In this document: positions 41,301-53,770 of the stretch, one piece after another | How positions within the stretch are numbered: position 1 is the first letter of the stretch | Layout of the letters: the number at the start of each line of letters is the position of its first letter | Origin: Eledone cirrhosa | Taxonomy: Eukaryota | Length of the DNA stretch: 64,000 nucleotides | Direction: 5' to 3' | Assembly: GCA_964016885.1 (NCBI GenBank) | Contig: OZ024741.1 | Location: 243,846,001 to 243,910,000 of the forward strand | Notes under the pieces: generated by a model | What the model was told of the DNA's origin: nothing | The model's database searches: none | Seen by the model: only the letters and a program-made list of their open reading frames with translations | Program-made: the position numbers and the translations under genes

Positions 41301-44300
41301 CCGGCCCACGATCGAAAATGTAACTCCGCCGGCAAATTCGCATTTTTGTGATTCGTTTCTTCGAAGCACACCATTTGCTGGTGGACTTCAGCTTCCTCAT
41401 TTAGCGTGGGCAGCTTTTCTTGAAAATCACACCACTCACAGACAATGAGTCTCTGCACATGTACCACTAATTACAGATCGATCCGACCACGGGCGGCCTG
41501 CCCACCATCGAAAAGGTAACTCCGCCGGCAAATCCGCATTTTTGTGATTCGTTTCTTCGAAGCACACCATTCGCCGCCGGACTTCAGCTTCCTCATTTAG
41601 CATGGGCAGCTTTTCTTGAAAATCACACCACTCACAGCCAATGAGTTTCTGCACAGGTACCACTAATTACAGATCGATACGACCAGGGGCGGCCTGCCCA
41701 CGATCGAAAAGGTAACTCCAGCGGCAAATTCGCATTTTTGTGATTCATTTCTTCGAAGCACACCATTCGCTGGTGGACTTCAGCTTCCTCATTTAGCATG
41801 GGCAGCTTTTCTTGAAAATCACACCACACACAGCAAATGTGTGTCTACACAGGTACCAGTAATTACAGATCGATCCGACCACCGCCGGCTGGCCCAGGAT
41901 CGAAAAGGTAACTCCGGCGGCAAATTCGCATTTTTGTGATTCATTTCTTCGAAGCACACCATTCGCTGGTGGACTTCAGCTTCCTCATTTAGCATGGGCA
42001 GCTTTTCTTGAAAATCACACCACACACAGCCAATGAGTGACTGCACATGTACCAGTAATTACAGATCGATCCGACTACGGGCGGCCTGCCTACGATCGAA
42101 AAGGTAACTCCGCCGGCAAATTCGCATTTTTGTGATTCGTTTCTTCGAAGCACACCATTCGCCGCCGGACTTCAGCTTCCTCATTTAGCATGGGCAGCTT
42201 TTCTTGAAAATCACACCACACACAGCAAATGTGTGTCTGCACAGGTACCAGTAATTACAGATCGATCCGACCACGGACGGCTGGCCCACGATCGAAAAGG
42301 TAACTCCGCCGGCAAATCCTAATTTTTGTGATTCGTTTCTTCGAAGCACACCATTCGCCGCCGGACTTCAGCTTCCTCATTTAGCATGGGCAGCTTTTCT
42401 TGAAAATCACACCACTCACAGCCAATGAGTCTCTGCACAGGTACCACTAATTACAGATCGATACGACCAGGGGCGGCCGGCCCACGATCGAAAATGTAAC
42501 TCCGCCGGCAAATTCGCATTTTTGTGATTCGTTTCTTCGAAGCACACCATTCGCTGGTGGACTTCAGCTTCCTCATTTAGCATGGGCAGCTTTTCTTGAA
42601 GATCACACCACTCACAGACTATGAGTGTCTGCACATGTACTACTAATTACAGATCGATACGACCACGGGCGGCCTGCCCACGATCGAAAAGGTAACTCCG
42701 CCGGCAAATCCGCATTTTTGTGATTCGTTTCTTCGAAGCACACCATTCGCCGCCGGACTTCAGCTTCCTCATTTAGCATGGGCAGCTTTTCTTAAAAATC
42801 ACACCACACTCAGCAAATGTGTGTCTGCACATGTACCAGTAATTACAGATCGATCCGACCACGGGCGGCCTGCCCACGATCGAAAAGGTAACTCCGCCGG
42901 CAAATTCGCATTTTTGTGATTCGTTTCTTCGAAGGACACCATTCGCTGGTGGACTTCAGCTTCCTCATTTAACATGGGCAGCTTTTCTTGAAAATCACAC
43001 CACACTCAGCAAATGTGTGTCTGCACATGTACCAGTAATTACAGATCGATCCGCCCACGGGCGGCCGGCCCCCGATCGAAAATGTAACTCCGCCGGCAAA
43101 TTCGCATTTTTGTGATTCATTTCTTCGAAGCACACCATTCGCTGGTGGACTTCAGCTTCCTCATTTAGCATGGGCAGCTTTTCTTGAAAATCACACCACA
43201 CACAGAAAATGTGTGTCTACACAGGTACCAGTAATTACAGATCGATCCGACCACGGACGGCTGGCCCAGGATCGAAAAGGTAACTCCGGCGGCAAATTCG
43301 CATTTTTGTGATTCATTTCTTCGAAGCACACCATTCGCTGGTGGACTTCAGCTTCCTCATTTAGCATGGGCAGCTTTTCTTGAAAATCACACCACACACA
43401 GCAAATGTGTGTCTGCACAGGTACCAGTAATTACAGATCGATCCGACCACGGACGGCTGGCCCACGATCGAAAAGGTAACTCCGCCGGCAAATCCTAATT
43501 TTTGTGATTCGTTTCTTCGAAGCACACCATTCGCCGCCGGACTTCAGCTTCCTCATTTAGCATGGACAGCTTTTCTTGAAAATCACACCACTCACAGACT
43601 ATGAGTGTCTGCACATGTACCACTAATTACAGATCGATACGACCACGGGCGGCCTGCGCACGATCGAAAAGGTAACTCCGCCGGCAAATCCGCATTTTTG
43701 TGATTCGTTTCTTCGAAGCACACCATTCGCCGCCGGACTTCAGCTTCCTCATTTAGCATGGGCAGCTTTTCTTAAAAATCACACCACACTCAGCAAATGT
43801 GTGTCTGCACATGTGCCAGTAATTACAGATCGATCCGACCAAGGGCGGCCTGCCCACGATCGAAAAGGTAACTCCGCCGGCAAATTCGCATTTTTGTGAT
43901 TCGTTTCTTCGAAGCACACCATTCGCTGGTGGACTTCAGCTTCCTCATTTAACATGGGCAGCTTTTCTTGAAAATCACACCACACTTAGCAAATGTGTGT
44001 CTGCACATGTACCAGTAATTACAGATCGATCCGCCCACGGGCGGCCGGCCCACGATCGAAAATGTAACTCCGCCGGCAAATTCGCATTTTTGTGATTCAT
44101 TTCTTCGAAGCACACCATTCGCTGGTGGACTTCAGCTTCCTCATTTAGCATGGGCAGCTTTTCTTGAAAATCACACCACACACAGCAAATTTGTGTCTAC
44201 ACAGGTACCAGTAATTACAGATCGATCCGACCACGGACGGCTGGCCCAGGATCGAAAAGGTAACTCCGGCGGCAAATTCGCATTTTTGTGATTCGTTTCT

Positions 44301-47300
44301 TCGAAGCACACCATTCGCTGGTGGACTTCAGCTTCCTCATTTAACATGGGCAGCTTTTCTTGAAAATCACACCACACTTAGCAAATGTGTGTCTGCACAT
44401 GTACCAGTAATTACAGATCGATCCGCCCACGGGCGGCCGGCCCACGATCGAAAATGTAACTCCGCCGGCAAATTCGCATTTTTGTGATTCATTTCTTCGA
44501 AGCACACCATTCGCTGGTGGACTTCAGCTTCCTCATTTAGCATGGGCAGCTTTTCTTGAAAATCACACCACACACAGCAAATGTGTGTCTACACAGGTAC
44601 CAGTAATTACAGATCGATCCGACCACGGACGGCTGGCCCAGGATCGAAAAGGTAACTCCGGCGGCAAATTCGCATTTTTGTGATTCGTTTCTTCGAAGCA
44701 CACCATTCGCTGGTGGACTTCAGCTTCCTCATTTAACATGGGCAGCTTTTCTTGAAAATCACACCACACTTAGCAAATGTGTGTCTGCACATGTACCAGT
44801 AATTACAGATCGATCCGCCCACGGGCGGCCGGCCCACGATCGAAAATGTAACTCCGCCGGCAAATTCGCATTTTTGTGATTCATTTCTTCGAAGCACACC
44901 ATTCGCTGGTGGACTTCAGCTTCCTCATTTAGCATGGGCAGCTTTTCTTGAAAATCACACCACACACAGCCAATGAGTGTCTGCACATGTACCAGTAATT
45001 ACAGATTGATCCGACCACGGGCGGCCGGCCCACGATCGAAAAGGTAACTCCGCCGGCAAATTCGCATTTTTGTGATTCGTTTCTTCGAAGCACACCATTA
45101 GCCGCCGGACTTCAGCTTCCTCATTTAGCATGGGCAGCTTTTCTTGAAAATCACACCACACACAGCAAATGTGTGTCTGCACATGTACCAGTACGTACAG
45201 ATCGATCCGACCACGGGCGGCAGGCCCACATTCGAAAAGGTTACTCCGCCTGCAAATCGTCATTTTCGGATTCGTTTTCTTCGAAGCACACCATTCGCCG
45301 GCGGACTTCAGCTGCCTCATTTAGCATGGGCAGCTTTTCTTGAAAATCACACCTCACACAGCAAATGTGTCTCTGCACATGTACTAGTAATTACAGATCG
45401 ATCCGACCACGGGCAACCGGCCCACGATCGAAAAGGTAACTCCGGCGGCAAATCCGCATTTTTGTGATTCGTTTCTTCGAAGCACACCATTCGCCGCCGG
45501 ACTTCAGCTTCCTCATTTAGCATGGGCAGCTTTTCTTGAAAATCACACCACACTCAGCAAATCTGTGTCTGCACATGTACCAGTAATTACAGATCGATCC
45601 GACCACGGGCGGCCTGCCCACGATGGAAAAGGTAACCCCGCCGGCAAATTCGCATTTTTGCGATTCGTTTCTTCGAAGCACACCATTCGCTGGTGGACTT
45701 CAGCTTCCTCATTTAACATGGGCAGCTTTTCTTGAAAATCACACCACACTCAGCAAATGTGTGTCTGCACATGTACCAGTAATTACAGATCGATCCGCCC
45801 ATGGGCGGCCGGCCCACGATCGAAAATGTAACTCCGCCGGCAAATTCGCATTTTTGTGATTCGTTTCTTCGAAGCACACCATTTGCTGGTGGACTTCAGC
45901 TTCCTCATTTAGCGTGGGCAGCTTTTCTTGAAAATCACACCACTCACAGACAATGAGTCTCTGCACATGTACCACTAATTACAGATCGATCCGACCACGG
46001 GCGGCCTGCCCACCATCGAAAAGGTAACTCCGCCGGCAAATCCGCATTTTTGTGATTCGTTTCTTCGAAGCACACCATTCGCCGCCGGACTTCAGCTTCC
46101 TCATTTAGCATGGGCAGCTTTTCTTGAAAATCACACCACTCACAGCCAATGAGTTTCTGCACAGGTACCACTAATTACAGATCGATACGACCAGGGGCGG
46201 CCTGCCCACGATCGAAAAGGTAACTCCAGCGGCAAATTCGCATTTTTGTGATTCATTTCTTCGAAGCACACCATTCGCTGGTGGACTTCAGCTTCCTCAT
46301 TTAGCATGGGCAGCTTTTCTTGAAAATCACACCACACACAGCAAATGTGTGTCTACACAGGTACCAGTAATTACAGATCGATCCGACCACCGCCGGCTGG
46401 CCCAGGATCGAAAAGGTAACTCCGGCGGCAAATTCGCATTTTTGTGATTCATTTCTTCGAAGCACACCATTCGCTGGTGGACTTCAGCTTCCTCATTTAG
46501 CATGGGCAGCTTTTCTTGAAAATCACACCACACACAGCCAATGAGTGACTGCACATGTACCAGTAATTACAGATCGATCCGACTACGGGCGGCCTGCCTA
46601 CGATCGAAAAGGTAACTCCGCCGGCAAATTCGCATTTTTGTGATTCGTTTCTTCGAAGCACACCATTCGCCGCCGGACTTCAGCTTCCTCATTTAGCATG
46701 GGCAGCTTTTCTTGAAAATCACACCACACACAGCAAATGTGTGTCTGCACAGGTACCAGTAATTACAGATCGATCCGACCACGGACGGCTGGCCCACGAT
46801 CGAAAAGGTAACTCCGCCGGCAAATCCTAATTTTTGTGATTCGTTTCTTCGAAGCACACCATTCGCCGCCGGACTTCAGCTTCCTCATTTAGCATGGGCA
46901 GCTTTTCTTGAAAATCACACCACTCACAGCCAATGAGTCTCTGCACAGGTACCACTAATTACAGATCGATACGACCAGGGGCGGCCGGCCCACGATCGAA
47001 AATGTAACTCCGCCGGCAAATTCGCATTTTTGTGATTCGTTTCTTCGAAGCACACCATTCGCTGGTGGACTTCAGCTTCCTCATTTAGCATGGGCAGCTT
47101 TTCTTGAAGATCACACCACTCACAGACTATGAGTGTCTGCACATGTACTACTAATTACAGATCGATACGACCACGGGCGGCCTGCCCACGATCGAAAAGG
47201 TAACTCCGCCGGCAAATCCGCATTTTTGTGATTCGTTTCTTCGAAGCACACCATTCGCCGCCGGACTTCAGCTTCCTCATTTAGCATGGGCAGCTTTTCT

Positions 47301-50300
47301 TAAAAATCACACCACACTCAGCAAATGTGTGTCTGCACATGTACCAGTAATTACAGATCGATCCGACCACGGGCGGCCTGCCCACGATCGAAAAGGTAAC
47401 TCCGCCGGCAAATTCGCATTTTTGTGATTCGTTTCTTCGAAGGACACCATTCGCTGGTGGACTTCAGCTTCCTCATTTAACATGGGCAGCTTTTCTTGAA
47501 AATCACACCACACTCAGCAAATGTGTGTCTGCACATGTACCAGTAATTACAGATCGATCCGCCCACGGGCGGCCGGCCCACGATCGAAAATGTAACTCCG
47601 CCGGCAAATTCGCATTTTTGTGATTCATTTCTTCGAAGCACACCATTCGCTGGTGGACTTCAGCTTCCTCATTTAGCATGGGCAGCTTTTCTTGAAAATC
47701 ACACCACACACAGAAAATGTGTGTCTACACAGGTACCAGTAATTACAGATCGATCCGACCACGGACGGCTGGCCCAGGATCGAAAAGGTAACTCCGGCGG
47801 CAAATTCGCATTTTTGTGATTCATTTCTTCGAAGCACACCATTCGCTGGTGGACTTCAGCTTCCTCATTTAGCATGGGCAGCTTTTCTTGAAAATCACAC
47901 CACACACAGCAAATGTGTGTCTGCACAGGTACCAGTAATTACAGATCGATCCGACCACGGACGGCTGGCCCACGATCGAAAAGGTAACTCCGCCGGCAAA
48001 TCCTAATTTTTGTGATTCGTTTCTTCGAAGCACACCATTCGCCGCCGGACTTCAGCTTCCTCATTTAGCATGGACAGCTTTTCTTGAAAATCACACCACT
48101 CACAGACTATGAGTGTCTGCACATGTACCACTAATTACAGATCGATACGACCACGGGCGGCCTGCGCACGATCGAAAAGGTAACTCCGCCGGCAAATCCG
48201 CATTTTTGTGATTCGTTTCTTCGAAGCACACCATTCGCCGCCGGACTTCAGCTTCCTCATTTAGCATGGGCAGCTTTTCTTGAAAATCACACCACACTTA
48301 GCAAATGTGTGTCTGCACATGTACCAGTAATTACAGATCGATCCGCCCACGGGCGGCCGGCCCACGATCGAAAATGTAACTCCGCCGGCAAATTCGCATT
48401 TTTGTGATTCATTTCTTCGAAGCACACCATTCGCTGGTGGACTTCAGCTTCCTCATTTAGCATGGGCAGCTTTTCTTGAAAATCACACCACACACAGCAA
48501 ATTTGTGTCTACACAGGTACCAGTAATTACAGATCGATCCGACCACGGACGGCTGGCCCAGGATCGAAAAGGTAACTCCGGCGGCAAATTCGCATTTTTG
48601 TGATTCGTTTCTTCGAAGCACACCATTCGCTGGTGGACTTCAGCTTCCTCATTTAACATGGGCAGCTTTTCTTGAAAATCACACCACACTTAGCAAATGT
48701 GTGTCTGCACATGTACCAGTAATTACAGATCGATCCGCCCACGGGCGGCCGGCCCACGATCGAAAATGTAACTCCGCCGGCAAATTCGCATTTTTGTGAT
48801 TCATTTCTTCGAAGCACACCATTCGCTGGTGGACTTCAGCTTCCTCATTTAGCATGGGCAGCTTTTCTTGAAAATCACACCACACACAGCAAATGTGTGT
48901 CTACACAGGTACCAGTAATTACAGATCGATCCGACCACGGACGGCTGGCCCAGGATCGAAAAGGTAACTCCGGCGGCAAATTCGCATTTTTGTGATTCGT
49001 TTCTTCGAAGCACACCATTCGCTGGTGGACTTCAGCTTCCTCATTTAACATGGGCAGCTTTTCTTGAAAATCACACCACACTTAGCAAATGTGTGTCTGC
49101 ACATGTACCAGTAATTACAGATCGATCCGCCCACGGGCGGCCGGCCCACGATCGAAAATGTAACTCCGCCGGCAAATTCGCATTTTTGTGATTCATTTCT
49201 TCGAAGCACACCATTCGCTGGTGGACTTCAGCTTCCTCATTTAGCATGGGCAGCTTTTCTTGAAAATCACACCACACACAGCCAATGAGTGTCTGCACAT
49301 GTACCAGTAATTACAGATTGATCCGACCACGGGCGGCCGGCCCACGATCGAAAAGGTAACTCCGCCGGCAAATTCGCATTTTTGTGATTCGTTTCTTCGA
49401 AGCACACCATTAGCCGCCGGACTTCAGCTTCCTCATTTAGCATGGGCAGCTTTTCTTGAAAATCACACCACACACAGCAAATGTGTGTCTGCACATGTAC
49501 CAGTACGTACAGATCGATCCGACCACGGGCGGCAGGCCCACATTCGAAAAGGTTACTCCGCCTGCAAATCGTCATTTTCGGATTCGTTTTCTTCGAAGCA
49601 CACCATTCGCCGGCGGACTTCAGCTGCCTCATTTAGCATGGGCAGCTTTTCTTGAAAATCACACCTCACACAGCAAATGTGTCTCTGCACATGTACTAGT
49701 AATTACAGATCGATCCGACCACGGGCAACCGGCCCACGATCGAAAAGGTAACTCCGGCGGCAAATCCGCATTTTTGTGATTCGTTTCTTCGAAGCACACC
49801 ATTCGCCGCCGGACTTCAGCTTCCTCATTTAGCATGGGCAGCTTTTCTTGAAAATCACACCACACTCAGCAAATCTGTGTCTGCACATGTACCAGTAATT
49901 ACAGATCGATCCGACCACGGGCGGCCTGCCCACGATGGAAAAGGTAACCCCGCCGGCAAATTCGCATTTTTGCGATTCGTTTCTTCGAAGCACACCATTC
50001 GCTGGTGGACTTCAGCTTCCTCATTTAACATGGGCAGCTTTTCTTGAAAATCACACCACACTCAGCAAATGTGTGTCTGCACATGTACCAGTAATTACAG
50101 ATCGATCCGCCCATGGGCGGCCGGCCCACGATCGAAAATGTAACTCCGCCGGCAAATTCGCATTTTTGTGATTCGTTTCTTCGAAGCACACCATTTGCTG
50201 GTGGACTTCAGCTTCCTCATTTAGCGTGGGCAGCTTTTCTTGAAAATCACACCACTCACAGACAATGAGTCTCTGCACATGTACCACTAATTACAGATCG

Positions 50301-53300
50301 ATCCGACCACGGGCGGCCTGCCCACCATCGAAAAGGTAACTCCGCCGGCAAATCCGCATTTTTGTGATTCGTTTCTTCGAAGCACACCATTCGCCGCCGG
50401 ACTTCAGCTTCCTCATTTAGCATGGGCAGCTTTTCTTGAAAATCACACCACTCACAGCCAATGAGTTTCTGCACAGGTACCACTAATTACAGATCGATAC
50501 GACCAGGGGCGGCCTGCCCACGATCGAAAAGGTAACTCCAGCGGCAAATTCGCATTTTTGTGATTCATTTCTTCGAAGCACACCATTCGCTGGTGGACTT
50601 CAGCTTCCTCATTTAGCATGGGCAGCTTTTCTTGAAAATCACACCACACACAGCAAATGTGTGTCTACACAGGTACCAGTAATTACAGATCGATCCGACC
50701 ACCGCCGGCTGGCCCAGGATCGAAAAGGTAACTCCGGCGGCAAATTCGCATTTTTGTGATTCATTTCTTCGAAGCACACCATTCGCTGGTGGACTTCAGC
50801 TTCCTCATTTAGCATGGGCAGCTTTTCTTGAAAATCACACCACACACAGCCAATGAGTGACTGCACATGTACCAGTAATTACAGATCGATCCGACTACGG
50901 GCGGCCTGCCTACGATCGAAAAGGTAACTCCGCCGGCAAATTCGCATTTTTGTGATTCGTTTCTTCGAAGCACACCATTCGCCGCCGGACTTCAGCTTCC
51001 TCATTTAGCATGGGCAGCTTTTCTTGAAAATCACACCACACACAGCAAATGTGTGTCTGCACAGGTACCAGTAATTACAGATCGATCCGACCACGGACGG
51101 CTGGCCCACGATCGAAAAGGTAACTCCGCCGGCAAATCCTAATTTTTGTGATTCGTTTCTTCGAAGCACACCATTCGCCGCCGGACTTCAGCTTCCTCAT
51201 TTAGCATGGGCAGCTTTTCTTGAAAATCACACCACTCACAGCCAATGAGTCTCTGCACAGGTACCACTAATTACAGATCGATACGACCAGGGGCGGCCGG
51301 CCCACGATCGAAAATGTAACTCCGCCGGCAAATTCGCATTTTTGTGATTCGTTTCTTCGAAGCACACCATTCGCTGGTGGACTTCAGCTTCCTCATTTAG
51401 CATGGGCAGCTTTTCTTGAAGATCACACCACTCACAGACTATGAGTGTCTGCACATGTACTACTAATTACAGATCGATACGACCACGGGCGGCCTGCCCA
51501 CGATCGAAAAGGTAACTCCGCCGGCAAATCCGCATTTTTGTGATTCGTTTCTTCGAAGCACACCATTCGCCGCCGGACTTCAGCTTCCTCATTTAGCATG
51601 GGCAGCTTTTCTTAAAAATCACACCACACTCAGCAAATGTGTGTCTGCACATGTACCAGTAATTACAGATCGATCCGACCACGGGCGGCCTGCCCACGAT
51701 CGAAAAGGTAACTCCGCCGGCAAATTCGCATTTTTGTGATTCGTTTCTTCGAAGGACACCATTCGCTGGTGGACTTCAGCTTCCTCATTTAACATGGGCA
51801 GCTTTTCTTGAAAATCACACCACACTCAGCAAATGTGTGTCTGCACATGTACCAGTAATTACAGATCGATCCGCCCACGGGCGGCCGGCCCACGATCGAA
51901 AATGTAACTCCGCCGGCAAATTCGCATTTTTGTGATTCATTTCTTCGAAGCACACCATTCGCTGGTGGACTTCAGCTTCCTCATTTAGCATGGGCAGCTT
52001 TTCTTGAAAATCACACCACACACAGAAAATGTGTGTCTACACAGGTACCAGTAATTACAGATCGATCCGACCACGGACGGCTGGCCCAGGATCGAAAAGG
52101 TAACTCCGGCGGCAAATTCGCATTTTTGTGATTCATTTCTTCGAAGCACACCATTCGCTGGTGGACTTCAGCTTCCTCATTTAGCATGGGCAGCTTTTCT
52201 TGAAAATCACACCACACACAGCAAATGTGTGTCTGCACAGGTACCAGTAATTACAGATCGATCCGACCACGGACGGCTGGCCCACGATCGAAAAGGTAAC
52301 TCCGCCGGCAAATCCTAATTTTTGTGATTCGTTTCTTCGAAGCACACCATTCGCCGCCGGACTTCAGCTTCCTCATTTAGCATGGACAGCTTTTCTTGAA
52401 AATCACACCACTCACAGACTATGAGTGTCTGCACATGTACCACTAATTACAGATCGATACGACCACGGGCGGCCTGCGCACGATCGAAAAGGTAACTCCG
52501 CCGGCAAATCCGCATTTTTGTGATTCGTTTCTTCGAAGCACACCATTCGCCGCCGGACTTCAGCTTCCTCATTTAGCATGGGCAGCTTTTCTTAAAAATC
52601 ACACCACACTCAGCAAATGTGTGTCTGCACATGTGCCAGTAATTACAGATCGATCCGACCACGGGCGGCCTGCCCACGATCGAAAAGGTAACTCCGCCGG
52701 CAAATTCGCATTTTTGTGATTCGTTTCTTCGAAGCACACCATTCGCTGGTGGACTTCAGCTTCCTCATTTAACATGGGCAGCTTTTCTTGAAAATCACAC
52801 CACACTTAGCAAATGTGTGTCTGCACATGTACCAGTAATTACAGATCGATCCGCCCACGGGCGGCCGGCCCACGATCGAAAATGTAACTCCGCCGGCAAA
52901 TTCGCATTTTTGTGATTCATTTCTTCGAAGCACACCATTCGCTGGTGGACTTCAGCTTCCTCATTTAGCATGGGCAGCTTTTCTTGAAAATCACACCACA
53001 CACAGCAAATTTGTGTCTACACAGGTACCAGTAATTACAGATCGATCCGACCACGGACGGCTGGCCCAGGATCGAAAAGGTAACTCCGGCGGCAAATTCG
53101 CATTTTTGTGATTCGTTTCTTCGAAGCACACCATTCGCTGGTGGACTTCAGCTTCCTCATTTAGCATGGGCAGCTTTTCTTGAAAATCACACCACACTTA
53201 GCAAATGTGTGTCTGCACATGTACCAGTAATTACAGATCGATCCGCCCACGGGCGGCCGGCCCACGATCGAAAATGTAACTCCGCCGGCAAATTCGCATT

Positions 53301-53770
53301 TTTGTGATTCATTTCTTCGAAGCACACCATTCGCTGGTGGACTTCAGCTTCCTCATTTAGCATGGGCAGCTTTTCTTGAAAATCACACCACACACAGCAA
53401 ATGTGTGTCTACACAGGTACCAGTAATTACAGATCGATCCGACCACGGACGGCTGGCCCAGGATCGAAAAGGTAACTCCGGCGGCAAATTCGCATTTTTG
53501 TGATTCGTTTCTTCGAAGCACACCATTCGCTGGTGGACTTCAGCTTCCTCATTTAGCATGGGCAGCTTTTCTTGAAAATCACACCACACACAGCCAATGA
53601 GTGTCTGCACATGTACCAGTAATTACAGATCGATCCGACCACGGGCGGCCGGCCCACGATCGAAAAGGTAACTCCGCCGGCAAATTCGCATTTTTGTGAT
53701 TCGTTTCTTCGAAGCACACCATTAGCCGCCGGACTTCAGCTTCCTCATTTAGCATGGGCAGCTTTTCTTG
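35400..53770. repeat. Variable-length HOR, four units of 26, 23, 22 and 22 monomers
   Basis: The marker 'cacgatggaaaagg' lies at ~36019, 41115, 45623, 49935 and 'gaagatcacacc' at ~37502, 42598, 47106, 51418. Divergent monomers at 35547, 40643, 45151, 49463, 53775 delimit the units. Confidence 0.88.
43975..44954. repeat. 392-bp dimer run (A-B-A-B-A) nested in the HOR; similar runs at 38879-39662, 48287-49266, 52795-53578
   Basis: The 'cacttagcaa...gcccacggg...aaatgtaac...gattcattt' monomer alternates with the 'ctacacagg...ggacggctggcccagg...ccggcgg' monomer. Confidence 0.85.
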
